The notes under the pieces: generated by a model | Database searches by the model: none | What the model was told of the DNA's origin: nothing | The model's input: only the letters and a program-made list of their open reading frames with translations | IMG/VR virus record: IMGVR_UViG_3300006175_000004 | Coordinates: 10,109-74,108 of that record | Strand: one strand, 5' to 3' | From: a virus | DNA length: 64,000 nucleotides | Shown here: piece after piece, positions 9,458 to 18,258 of the stretch | Numbering within the stretch: position 1 is the stretch's first letter | Layout: each line of letters begins with the position of its first letter | Position numbers and translations under genes: made by a program

Positions 9458-9700
9458 ATGACACGGAAGATCAACGGCTTTCCGATCTACCGGACCTATT
9501 CCTTCACGGGGCAGGACCCGGCTGTGCGCGAAACGCTGAACTGCGTCAAGGACAAAAAGGATTCATCCAAGAAGTCCGGGGTCGCCCGCAGCACCTACCG
9601 CAATTGGGATACCCGCAAAACCCGCCGCCCGCAATTCGCAACCCTTCAGGCCACCGCCATCGCCAACGGCAAGCGGTGGAAGCTTGGCGATGATGATTGA
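9458..9700 (+). CDS. XRE/Cro-like HTH protein
   Basis: SGVARSTYRNW...RPQFATLQA. Confidence 0.6.
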   Translation: MTRKINGFPIYRTYSFTGQDPAVRETLNCVKDKKDSSKKSGVARSTYRNWDTRKTRRPQFATLQATAIANGKRWKLGDDD

Positions 9701-9713
9701 AAGGATCACGAAC

Positions 9714-9971
9714 ATGGAAACGGAAACCAAAAAAGTGACGATGGAGTTCGGTCGGCACGATCTTGAAACCATCAAGCGGGCTCTGTCGATTGCCAGCACC
9801 AAGATCAGCGCCGACGTCCGGCGCAAGCAGAAGGCCGCGCAAGAATCCAGGCGCAATCTGCGGCCCGGTGCTATCGCATCGTTGGCGATGGAAGGCGGTG
9901 ACTACATAGGGCTGTTTAAGCTGATCGACGCGGTGCTCACCGCCGCATCGAAAAAGGAAGGGGGTGTGTGA
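9714..9971 (+). CDS. hypothetical protein
   Basis: AAAGGATC RBS; METETKKV... Confidence 0.7.
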   Translation: METETKKVTMEFGRHDLETIKRALSIASTKISADVRRKQKAAQESRRNLRPGAIASLAMEGGDYIGLFKLIDAVLTAASKKEGGV

Positions 9972-10288
9972 TGGAACGCAGGCACCCCCGCTGTTCCCCT
10001 GACCATTGGCGCGAATTGCTGGTGGCCATGAATCGGTCCGACGACGAAGTGACTGTCAGCGCGGAAGCCTTCAAGGACGTGGCCAATTGCCACGTCCAGA
10101 AGGGCGGAAGCATCAGCCGTGACATGGTCCTTCAGGCCGGGCGATCCCGAACTGTGCTGCGCCGGAATCAGCTTTGGACTCTGGTTCAGGAGCACGGGAA
10201 GGTTTGTGAAATGAAGGGCGGGTCTGACAAGCCCGCCGACTTCCATACCACCAACGAGCTAATCCGGGCGGGGATCATTAGGCCATGA
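9971..10288 (+). CDS. hypothetical protein
   Basis: TGATG coupling. Confidence 0.65.
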   Translation: MERRHPRCSPDHWRELLVAMNRSDDEVTVSAEAFKDVANCHVQKGGSISRDMVLQAGRSRTVLRRNQLWTLVQEHGKVCEMKGGSDKPADFHTTNELIRAGIIRP

Positions 10289-11157
10289 TGCACGCCCACC
10301 GAGTGATCGAAGCCATGCGGAAGCGAACGCCCGGCACGCATCCGCCGTTGCGGGAATATCTGTCGGAAGAAAAGATCGACACATTTGCCGATCTGATCGA
10401 AGCAGCCGAGAAGTTTGACTTCGGCCCTTTGGTTCTGGAAAGAAAGGACGACACAATCCTGCCGGGCGGGTATGGCTACTCCCTGCCTGATTTCACAGAC
10501 ACCGAATGGGAATTGTGGGGCTTGGGCCTGATCCCGCTTCCTGCCAATCCAAGCTGGTATGAATATCAGCTTGGTACTTCCCGATCCGGGCTGCTTGTTT
10601 ATACCCATGAAGAAAGGTGGTGCGTCGTTCGGGCTGAATTGGCCCCATCGATGTATTGGGATGCGGTCATGGTTTCCATTCCCCGGAAATCAGCAGCCCA
10701 CCAAACTTATACACAATGCGAAATGCACTCCGACTGGATGGCCCCGCAGCAGCTTACTGAAGAACAGAAGCGAACCTTGTGGGGCGATCAAGCCCACATA
10801 TCGATCTATCTGACGCTGATGCTTGGATCGAAGACCACAGAAAAGAAGAATGTGCCTGCCCCGGCCTTCATCAATAAGGCACGAGCCAAGAAGGGGAAGC
10901 CCTTGCTGCCGGAGCATACCGTGGTGCGCATTGTGCCCCATCAATACATCACGGAAAGCCAGCGCGAAGCAGGCCGCACCCATGCAAGCCCACGCTTGCA
11001 TTGGCGTCGGTCCCATTTGCGGGTCTATGATCGGGCCACCCCGGCTTCTACATTCGTGGAAGGGAAGGGATGGTGCGTTGCTATTCCCCGTTGCTTGGTC
11101 GGCGTTGCTGACCAAGGCGAAGTCCACCACGAGTATTTTGTGAGGAATGAGACATGA
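10285..11157 (+). CDS. conserved phage hypothetical protein
   Basis: 290 aa; C-terminal SPRLHWRRSHLR motif typical of a phage family. Confidence 0.7.
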   Translation: MMHAHRVIEAMRKRTPGTHPPLREYLSEEKIDTFADLIEAAEKFDFGPLVLERKDDTILPGGYGYSLPDFTDTEWELWGLGLIPLPANPSWYEYQLGTSRSGLLVYTHEERWCVVRAELAPSMYWDAVMVSIPRKSAAHQTYTQCEMHSDWMAPQQLTEEQKRTLWGDQAHISIYLTLMLGSKTTEKKNVPAPAFINKARAKKGKPLLPEHTVVRIVPHQYITESQREAGRTHASPRLHWRRSHLRVYDRATPASTFVEGKGWCVAIPRCLVGVADQGEVHHEYFVRNET

Positions 11158-11633
11158 CCAAACCCAAGAGCATGGAGAAGTGGCAACCGCTGCGTGAGTC
11201 AGCGGTTGTCGGACCACCACCTGAAGATTTGATCAAGGCGACAATGGACCAATTGAAGATCGACAGAGACGAAGCAATCAAGACCCTCAACGATGACGAA
11301 AAGAATGTGCGATATTTCGTCAATGATCTGTATCAGGTGCAGCTCCGCGTTGCGGATTACCCGTTGCTGCAACTGAACATTCGCCGCAGGGACGGAAAGC
11401 CCATCTTCCGTGATTGGCGGCACTTCCAGCAGATCAAGAATGAAATTGTCGGCCCGGATTGCGAAGCGGTCGAGCTCTATCCTGCAGAAGAGCGCTTGGT
11501 CGATCAGGGGAACAAATATCACCTGTGGGCGGTGGCTGATCCGAAGTTCCGCTTCCCCTTCGGGTGGAAAACACGAACAGTGGATTACAGTTCGTATGAC
11601 TCATCTATAAGCGGACTTCGGCAAAGGGCCTGA
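11154..11633 (+). CDS. conserved phage hypothetical protein
   Basis: DWRHFQQIKNE...AVELYPAEERLVD...YHLW motif. Confidence 0.75.
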   Translation: MTKPKSMEKWQPLRESAVVGPPPEDLIKATMDQLKIDRDEAIKTLNDDEKNVRYFVNDLYQVQLRVADYPLLQLNIRRRDGKPIFRDWRHFQQIKNEIVGPDCEAVELYPAEERLVDQGNKYHLWAVADPKFRFPFGWKTRTVDYSSYDSSISGLRQRA

Positions 11634-11636
11634 CCA

Positions 11637-12287
11637 ATGGCAATCAATTACGACGAAGCCACCATGAAGAAGTTGCATGATGAAATGTTGAAGCAGCCTG
11701 TATCTGAGTCACTTGTAAAAGACATTATCAGCACTGATGTCAATTTTCTGAAGCTTCAAGATCAGATGCAGGAAGAAATAGCGAAGGCGGTGGGTATTCC
11801 CACCGGTATACTGATGGGGGTTGACCCGGCTTCTTCTTCCCCTTCACCGGGAACGATCTACGTCGATCTTGCGGGTGGGCAATTTACAAGACGGTTCCAT
11901 CGCCTGAACGCTGACCTTGATTGGGTACAGGTTGCGTTCGACAAATGGCGTGGTCGATCACCCCGGCCACCCAACAAGCGGAAGCCTACCCTGCGGCAAC
12001 TGGAATTTGTCTACGAGCGCTGCATCCATTCGGACGAATTGGAAAGGCATGGGTTGATTCCGCTGGGTGAACTTCCGTCAGTTTGCTGGTCCAATCGGAC
12101 AAAGCCTTTCCGGTGTAACGGATTCTATTTCGTCCCTTCACGATGGGTCATGTCGGTCCTTCGCAGCCGATATCCCAACCCGCTGCTTTCCGATCTGGAA
12201 ATATGTGCAGCGGCGGTCTTCCCTGAAACGCTACCAAAGGACCTCGGCCCTGTGGACTTTCAAGCTCTCAACGAGGGGCACGGCTGA
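11637..12287 (+). CDS. hypothetical protein
   Basis: 216-aa ORF within the operon. Confidence 0.65.
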   Translation: MAINYDEATMKKLHDEMLKQPVSESLVKDIISTDVNFLKLQDQMQEEIAKAVGIPTGILMGVDPASSSPSPGTIYVDLAGGQFTRRFHRLNADLDWVQVAFDKWRGRSPRPPNKRKPTLRQLEFVYERCIHSDELERHGLIPLGELPSVCWSNRTKPFRCNGFYFVPSRWVMSVLRSRYPNPLLSDLEICAAAVFPETLPKDLGPVDFQALNEGHG

Positions 12288-12484
12288 TGGGCTACGAACC
12301 CGCCTACTTGATATATCGGTGCCCGAATTGCGGGGCCGACGTTGGCGTGCGTTGCACTGGTAAAAGGGTTTGCCAAGACCGACTGGTGCGAGCTGCTTCA
12401 TTGGGCGAAGGCAACGGACAGCCCAAGTGTCTGGATTCAGAAGGAAAGCGCACTGCTGTTGGCGGTCGTCCAAGGAACTACTGA
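12287..12484 (+). CDS. small zinc-finger protein
   Basis: CPNCGA...RC...C; TGATG coupling. Confidence 0.55.
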   Translation: MGYEPAYLIYRCPNCGADVGVRCTGKRVCQDRLVRAASLGEGNGQPKCLDSEGKRTAVGGRPRNY

Positions 12485-12485
12485 C

Positions 12486-13502
12486 ATGGCATTTGATTGG
12501 CCACGCTTTCTTGACGCCAACCGGATCGAATACATCGACCGGGGTCCATCCACAGCGAAGGGCAATGTCTACGTGCATTGCCCTTTCTGTGGTGAAGCTG
12601 ACCAAGGGAATCACATGGGCGTGTCCCTGCTTGGCAAGGGCTGGGGCTGCTGGCGTCAGGACAGCCACCGGGGCATTGCTCCGCACCGATTGATCCAGGC
12701 CCTGATTGGCTGCTCATGGGCTGAAGCGGAAAGGATCGCCGGAAGCCGGAAGCAAGTGACCACAGGCGATGGCGATTTGCTGAATCAGGTGTCCGCCTTG
12801 GTCGGCATTCCCGCAGCAGCCGGGCAATTCGAACCGGCACTGGAACAGCCGGGCAGTCGCATCACCAGCAAATGCCGACCGCTGTGGGAATATCTCCACA
12901 AGCTCCGGGGCTTCCTTGAATACACCGACGAAGTGATCGGGCGATTCAAGCTGACCGGGTCATTGGATGGCCCTTGGCGCTACCGGGTGATCTTCCCTGT
13001 GCAGGATTGGGACCGTTCCCTGATTTCATGGACGGGCCGGTCGGTGGTGACCGGGGCCGAGCCCCGCTACCGTTCCCTGACCGTTGAAGCCGAGAAGGCC
13101 ATAGCGGGTCAGGTCGCCCGGCAGCCGATATCTGACTGTCTGTTGCGCCTTCCTGAATTGGCGAAGGGCGGAAGGCTGCTTGTGATTGCTGAAGGCCCCT
13201 TGGATGCCGCCAAGCTGTCCCTGCATGAAAGGGAAAACGAAGCGGTGGCCACCTGTCTGTTCGGAAAGCGAATCAGCACCGGGCAGCTCGATTTGCTGGC
13301 TCAGCTTCGCAGCCGCTTCGACCACATTGCCTTGCTGCTCGACCCGGACGCGTCGATGGACGCCATTGCGTTGGAATCCGGAGCGAGCTTCTTGGGGATA
13401 TCTTCAGTCAGAATGAGGGGCCATGACGCGGGCGAAATGAAAAGCCCGCAAATCCGGGGCCTCTATTCCCGCATCAATCGACGAATGGAATCTTCCCCTT
13501 AA
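12486..13502 (+). CDS. DnaG-type DNA primase
   Basis: Zn-binding CPFC...H...CW; RVIFPV, SWTGR; TOPRIM EGPLDA and LDPDA. Confidence 0.9.
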   Translation: MAFDWPRFLDANRIEYIDRGPSTAKGNVYVHCPFCGEADQGNHMGVSLLGKGWGCWRQDSHRGIAPHRLIQALIGCSWAEAERIAGSRKQVTTGDGDLLNQVSALVGIPAAAGQFEPALEQPGSRITSKCRPLWEYLHKLRGFLEYTDEVIGRFKLTGSLDGPWRYRVIFPVQDWDRSLISWTGRSVVTGAEPRYRSLTVEAEKAIAGQVARQPISDCLLRLPELAKGGRLLVIAEGPLDAAKLSLHERENEAVATCLFGKRISTGQLDLLAQLRSRFDHIALLLDPDASMDAIALESGASFLGISSVRMRGHDAGEMKSPQIRGLYSRINRRMESSP

Positions 13503-13548
13503 TCTGTGCTTGCTTCAGCCCGCCCACGGGGCTTTGCTTCCCATCCAT

Positions 13549-13654
13549 TTCCAAGTCCGTTGGAAGCCGACGCACGCGAGATCCTTGCGCTGCGGCAGGC
13601 GATGTTTCCACCTATCGTCGGGGTAGGTACGGACGACCCGACACCTTTTTTCTT
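13549..13654 (+). promoter_or_regulatory. attenuator-like structured leader with terminator hairpin
   Basis: GTCGGG...CCCGAC (13617-13642) followed by CCTTTTTTCTT; competing hairpin ACCTATC/GGTAGGT. Confidence 0.45.
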
Positions 13655-13671
13655 GTGGGGGTTTCAATCGA

Positions 13672-14229
13672 ATGCAACGACGTCGCCCGCGCGAATACTT
13701 CGACCGTGGTCTTCAGCTATGGATCATCAAGACCGCCCACGCCCACCATTGGCGGGTGGCTTCTTGGGTCGGCCCGGACGATCTAATTCAGGAAGGGTTC
13801 GTCATTGCCGCGCTGTGCCGCCACCGATATTCCGCAACGGTGCGTTCGAATTCCCACTTCATGTCGCTGGTAAAAGTTTGCTTTCTGAATCGGCTGCACG
13901 ATTTGGCAAAGCAGCGATCCCGCAATCCCGAGCAAATACCCATTTCTCAAATTGTGGAATTCCGGGGCAGGGAAGAAGCGGCGCTGGAATTGCTGGGTGG
14001 TGTGGAGAACGGCGATCAGGAGTTGGTCGCCGCTTTGCGTTCTGCCCCGGCTGAAATCCAAGCCCTGCTCGTTTTGCTGAATGATCCTGTGCTGCGCAGG
14101 AAGGCCCGCCATCCCCGTCGCCGTCCGAATGGCTGCCGGGAAACCCACAGCGAGCAATTCAATCGTCTGCTCAAGCTTCCCATTGACACCGACCTGCCCG
14201 GAAAGCTCCGGGAACTACTGGTCACCTGA
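13672..14229 (+). CDS. sigma70 region-2-like transcription factor
   Basis: PDDLIQEGF...FMSLVKVCFLNRLHDLAK resembles sigma region 2. Confidence 0.6.
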   Translation: MQRRRPREYFDRGLQLWIIKTAHAHHWRVASWVGPDDLIQEGFVIAALCRHRYSATVRSNSHFMSLVKVCFLNRLHDLAKQRSRNPEQIPISQIVEFRGREEAALELLGGVENGDQELVAALRSAPAEIQALLVLLNDPVLRRKARHPRRRPNGCRETHSEQFNRLLKLPIDTDLPGKLRELLVT

Positions 14230-14329
14230 CAGTTCTGTCGATACAGCTATACCTTGCAACGCCAGCACCGGTGCTTTAGTAGCCGGTAGATTTGGCACGA
14301 CCAAATCCTTGCAACCAATGGAGCACCCA

Positions 14330-14929
14330 ATGACCAAAGCATCTGACATCGAAAAAGAATTGACCACCACGCTGAAGATCAAAGCGAAGGTCGGTGAGAA
14401 GCGGCAAGTCTTCCTCAATCGCGTCTACGACGCGGTGCTGAAGTGCGACAAGGATACTTGGGACAATCTGTCCGAAGCGGCGCAGAAATGGCAAGGCAAG
14501 GCGACCGACTGCCGCGACGACGATGAGCCGATGATTGACTTCGATGGATCGGCCCCGGAAGCCCCGGAAGCCAAGGGCAAGGAAGCCGATGGGGCCAAGG
14601 GGAAGGGCAAAGCCCCGGCCAAGGGGAAGCGGGCCGCAGAGAAGGCGGATTCGACGCCTGCAAAGGGCAAAACCAAGGCCGCTGCCAAGGGCGACGGGGA
14701 AGGCCGGGCGGTCGGCCAAAAGGGCATCAGCGCCGGGTGGGTGAAGGTCCTGCGCGATCTCGGCAAGAAGGGCGACGAGGGCCTTTCTCTGGAACAGATG
14801 GAAAGCTTGGGCGAAAAGCACGGGGTCGGCGGTCGGTACTTCGCCCGCTTCATTCGGGCCGGATATATCGCCCGGATCGAGCGCGGCCAATTCAAGCTGA
14901 CGCGGGCCGGTGAAAAAGCAATCGACTAA
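14330..14929 (+). CDS. basic K/A-rich putative DNA-binding protein
   Basis: GGAG RBS; histone-like K/A/G linker and C-terminal wHTH-like GYIARIERGQFKLTRAG. Confidence 0.7.
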   Translation: MTKASDIEKELTTTLKIKAKVGEKRQVFLNRVYDAVLKCDKDTWDNLSEAAQKWQGKATDCRDDDEPMIDFDGSAPEAPEAKGKEADGAKGKGKAPAKGKRAAEKADSTPAKGKTKAAAKGDGEGRAVGQKGISAGWVKVLRDLGKKGDEGLSLEQMESLGEKHGVGGRYFARFIRAGYIARIERGQFKLTRAGEKAID

Positions 14930-14942
14930 GCCATTCAGAACC

Positions 14943-14988
14943 GAAGACAAGGAAAAGGGCGACCTCGCGGTCGCCCTTTTTTGTCTTC
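14943..14988. terminator. bidirectional rho-independent terminator
   Basis: AAAAGGGCGACC-TCGC-GGTCGCCCTTTT(TT), extended by GAAGACAA/TTGTCTTC, at the convergence of the two arms. Confidence 0.9.
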
Positions 14989-15039
14989 TCAATCAAGTGG
15001 GAAATGGCTCAGTGGCCAAGCTTGTCTAACGCATTTGGT

Positions 15040-15190
15040 TGCTCCGAATTGTTCCTATGTTCCACGAATCAACATGGCATCCGGAGCTTGCCGCAAAGGC
15101 GGGCCGTTCGCAATCCCAGCAAGCTGACCCATCAGGGGCACCCGGTCCATCCTGATCAGCTTCGGAAAAAGCGAACGGCCCCCTTCGCCC
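15040..15190 (-). ncRNA. structured 3' RNA element after the lysis cassette
   Basis: GGGCCGTTCGC (15101-11)/GCGAACGGCCC (15171-81) encloses AAGCTGA/TCAGCTT; second hairpin GCTCCG/CGGAGC; G-U pairs favour the minus strand. Confidence 0.45.
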
Positions 15191-15194
15191 ACCG

Positions 15195-15356
15195 CTAGTG
15201 GGCGACCAAAGTCACGAACCACAGGATCGCAGCGACCGTCCACAGAACCCACGCGACCTTGTTTCCCCATGCCGGGGTCTGTGCGCAAACGAACATCGCC
15301 ATGAACCCGACGCCTATGACGAACAGCAATGCGGCGATTGTCAAAATACTGAACAT
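15195..15356 (-). CDS. 53-aa two-TM protein (holin/antiholin candidate)
   Basis: Manual translation MFSILTIAALLFVIGVGFMAMFVCAQTPAWGNKVAWVLWTVAAILWFVTLVAH; AGGGAG RBS. Confidence 0.7.
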   Translation of the reverse strand: MFSILTIAALLFVIGVGFMAMFVCAQTPAWGNKVAWVLWTVAAILWFVTLVAH

Positions 15357-15368
15357 GTGCTTCTCCCT

Positions 15369-15809
15369 TCAGTGATGCAGCAGCCAGTTGGCCACTGCAA
15401 TTGTCAGCCCCACCATCAATGCGGACAGAGCGGCAAGGATCGCTGCGACGACCTTCCACGCACCCTTCGCGTTATTGATTTCAGCCTGAACGACATCAAC
15501 CTTCTGTTCCAGATTGGTGATCTTTTCATTCAGAGCGACAAATGAATTGCGGCGCTGCTCATCCTGCTTATCTAGTCCGCTGGTGATCTGCTGCCGCAAA
15601 GTGGTGCTGGTCTCCCCGATGATATTGAAGGCTTCCTTGTCCGCGATCTGATGCCCGGCCAAGGATGTCTTCAAGGTTGCCACATCAACTAGTACCTGAC
15701 GGGTCAAATCTTCGATCCGCCCAAACGCACGTTCAAGGTCCACGTCGCTCCATTCCCCCTGTCCCTTTGCGGTCCCGTTCCCTGAACCGCTGTATGTTTC
15801 TGGTGACAT
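15369..15809 (-). CDS. coiled-coil protein with C-terminal TM (lysis cassette)
   Basis: MSPETYSG...; C-terminal VVAAILAALSALMVGLTIAVANW. Confidence 0.75.
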   Translation of the reverse strand: MSPETYSGSGNGTAKGQGEWSDVDLERAFGRIEDLTRQVLVDVATLKTSLAGHQIADKEAFNIIGETSTTLRQQITSGLDKQDEQRRNSFVALNEKITNLEQKVDVVQAEINNAKGAWKVVAAILAALSALMVGLTIAVANWLLHH

Positions 15810-16129
15810 TAGTTCCCTTTCGGTGGCCACGAATGAACCAAGTCGCGAATCGTCGTCAACTTGGATCGGCAATCCGCTCCAGCATCGACCGTCTGGTTCA
15901 CCCATAAATCAGCCATCACTTCAGTTGAAAGCATCGCCGGTACCGCCGGTTCGGGTAGGCAATTCAAATCGGCTTCTGGAATATCGGGGTAAATATTTTT
16001 GATCTGGACTTCCGGCACCCTAATGATTTGTGCCGGTGGTGCTTCCGGTGCTGGTTTGGCGGTCGCGCAACCCGCTAAAGAAACGCATAGAAGCAGGGCC
16101 AAGCGGGCGATCTTCCGAAGACAAAGCAT
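15809..16129 (-). CDS. Rz1: o-spanin lipoprotein
   Basis: Lipobox LAGC, Pro-rich, overlaps the 3' end of the i-spanin. Confidence 0.85.
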   Translation of the reverse strand: MLCLRKIARLALLLCVSLAGCATAKPAPEAPPAQIIRVPEVQIKNIYPDIPEADLNCLPEPAVPAMLSTEVMADLWVNQTVDAGADCRSKLTTIRDLVHSWPPKGN

Positions 16130-16517
16130 GATTCAGTTCCGCTGTAAGTTGTGCTGATGTTTTTGCGTGGGCGATCTGCTCGGCTGACAATTTCGATTGC
16201 AGGCCCGCGATGGTGTCCGAATCCTTCCGGGCCTGATCGGCAGCAATAACGTTCGCATCAGCCCGGTCCTTTTCAATCTGCTGCATGGCTGCGTTAATCT
16301 GAGCCGTCAGCGCATTATAACGCGCGACCTGCTTGGAAGTGGCAGCCTGTTCCTTCGCCACATCGGCCTTCAGGCCCGCAATGGTGGGTGCATCAATGAA
16401 GCCCCGTCCGATCACGCCTGATGCTGCCCCGGCTGCGTAAATGGCCCCGGCCACGATTGCGTAGCCGATCCATCCCCCGCCTGCTGTTGTGAACCATTTC
16501 AGAAATACCGCCCACAT
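16020..16517 (-). CDS. Rz: i-spanin
   Basis: N-terminal TM plus Ala/Gln-rich coiled coil, downstream of the endolysin. Confidence 0.8.
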   Translation of the reverse strand: MWAVFLKWFTTAGGGWIGYAIVAGAIYAAGAASGVIGRGFIDAPTIAGLKADVAKEQAATSKQVARYNALTAQINAAMQQIEKDRADANVIAADQARKDSDTIAGLQSKLSAEQIAHAKTSAQLTAELNHALSSEDRPLGPASMRFFSGLRDRQTSTGSTTGTNH

Positions 16518-16518
16518 C

Positions 16519-16800
16519 TCATTTGCTCTCGGTTCTTCGTTTCACTTCGTGCATTCCCTTGGTGATCGTATGAAAGCCAATCGCCCCGACCAACGCTTCC
16601 CAATTGGTGTGCGCGATGTCGCCTGATACCGCTTGGATCGATGCAGCAAAACCGGTCGCTGCAGCGCAAATGGTTGAGCACATGACGCCAACCTTCGACC
16701 AGCTCATTTTGGTGGGCGTAGAGTCTTCCAACAGATCGATGAAATAGAGCGCCCTGATCCGCAGGGATGATCCGGCAGGCGGGGCGACTACATCAGCCAT
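16519..16800 (-). CDS. holin candidate
   Basis: 93 aa, hydrophobic segments, basic C-terminus, adjacent to the endolysin. Confidence 0.5.
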   Translation of the reverse strand: MADVVAPPAGSSLRIRALYFIDLLEDSTPTKMSWSKVGVMCSTICAAATGFAASIQAVSGDIAHTNWEALVGAIGFHTITKGMHEVKRRTESK

Positions 16801-17230
16801 TGCGAATCAACGCTTCGATACGAACCGCCCGGCTACCGACTTCCTGATACCACTTGGTGGTCTTCAGATCGTCGGCAGCTTCTTCGAACTGGTCAGCTTC
16901 CATCATCCCCATAAAGGTATTGAAGCTTGCAAGCCCGGCGACCCCAAGATTGTAAGCCATGTCGGTCAAGGCCCGCTGCCGGGCTTCGGACAATCCTGCC
17001 GCCCAAGGGAAGCGGGCCAACACGGCATCGGCGGTCTTCTTGCTTCGCATCGAAAGCACCACCGCCGATTCTTCTTCGGTCAAAAACGTGAAGCCATATC
17101 CGAAGGTGGCAGTGCCTTCGATGGTATCGCCTTTGACAATCCGCTTCTCGGTTTTGTCATCATAGGGGTATGACTCAAAACCTTCGTCGATCTTCAGATC
17201 AGCATCAAGCTTCTGTAGATCAACGGTCAC
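16793..17230 (-). CDS. endolysin, GH24/T4-lysozyme-like
   Basis: DEGFESYPYDD...TFGYG, MAYNLG, KWYQEVGSRA. Confidence 0.9.
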   Translation of the reverse strand: MTVDLQKLDADLKIDEGFESYPYDDKTEKRIVKGDTIEGTATFGYGFTFLTEEESAVVLSMRSKKTADAVLARFPWAAGLSEARQRALTDMAYNLGVAGLASFNTFMGMMEADQFEEAADDLKTTKWYQEVGSRAVRIEALIRNG

Positions 17231-18246
17231 GACGTGCGTCCGTAAATTTGGATGAATGCGTCAGAAGGATCGGAAGCCTGACCACCTGATCCGCCGCTGT
17301 CACCGAAGTGAATTGTGACCAGTGCATTGACCCCACTGAAGCTGGTACCCATTCCCATCGACCCGGCAGACCCCGGATTGACTCCGTGGCTATTCACCGC
17401 GATGTAGCCGAACGAGTAATTCAATCCATCGTTCATCTGCACGGTATAAATGCCCGTGCCTGTCCGGGCGATTGCCCCGACATTCTGACTATCGGCAACC
17501 ACCACAGCAGCCCCGGACCAATGGAAGCCCGCCCATCCTTTCAAAGCAAGCGGATGGTATAGGAAGTTCGCCGGAGTGACCTGCCGCAACGTATCCGTCA
17601 TCGTTTCCATTTCTGCGGCGGTGGCTGCACCGTTGGTGCGGCTCATCAGAATGAAGACCGACCCGTTGTACATGATTTCAAACAGGCCGGATGTGGGCAA
17701 TTCACCCACCGCCAATGCGCTGCCATCTGCATGTTCAATGACCGTGGCACCGAGCCCGCTGATCGCAACAGTCGGCGTGGTGGTCGCATTTGGGGAAGCG
17801 ATTTTCAGAATGCGAACCGGTGCACCAAGCAGATCAGACAAAGCCACCGGAGCCGGGGTGAGTGCGACCACCAAGGCATCGGCGGTGCCGGTATCCACTC
17901 CATAGTTCGCGGACTGCTGCTGATTGGCATTGTTCAGGGTGGCGATGTAAGCGGCCTGCCCGGCTGTCCATAGCTGGGCCACCACGTCGCCTGCAAGCCA
18001 AGGCAGCGCGGTGGTGCCTTCCTGCGCACGGACGACCGTCAGGGTATCCCCGGATCGCGCGGTGCAGTGCATGATTTCCTTGATCAGCCCGGTCGCCGCA
18101 TCCTTCAGGGTGATCACAAACAAATCAGGGGCCGATGGATTCGGGAACAGCGCCCCGGTGCCTGCAGCCACATTCAGGCTGACCGCCACATTCGTGATCG
18201 ATCCAGCAAGTACGGTCTTTGCATCATTCGCAAACAAGTAGGCCAT
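17227..18246 (-). CDS. tail fibre protein
   Basis: N-terminal FANDAKTVLA...TVVRAQEGT fibre-attachment motif; last gene of the tail module. Confidence 0.75.
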   Translation of the reverse strand: MAYLFANDAKTVLAGSITNVAVSLNVAAGTGALFPNPSAPDLFVITLKDAATGLIKEIMHCTARSGDTLTVVRAQEGTTALPWLAGDVVAQLWTAGQAAYIATLNNANQQQSANYGVDTGTADALVVALTPAPVALSDLLGAPVRILKIASPNATTTPTVAISGLGATVIEHADGSALAVGELPTSGLFEIMYNGSVFILMSRTNGAATAAEMETMTDTLRQVTPANFLYHPLALKGWAGFHWSGAAVVVADSQNVGAIARTGTGIYTVQMNDGLNYSFGYIAVNSHGVNPGSAGSMGMGTSFSGVNALVTIHFGDSGGSGGQASDPSDAFIQIYGRTS

Positions 18247-18258
18247 TTTGGTTTTCCT

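Noticed and set aside
13506-14054. 182-aa plus-strand ORF overlapping the sigma-like gene
   Set aside because: Runs through the hairpin/terminator leader, is Pro/Arg-rich with no motif, and the overlapping frame has the sigma-like signature.
14293-14313. Possible sigma54 promoter TGGCACG...TTGCA
   Set aside because: The spacer is 9 nt rather than the required 4. The segment is better explained by the hairpin GATTTGG/CCAAATC.
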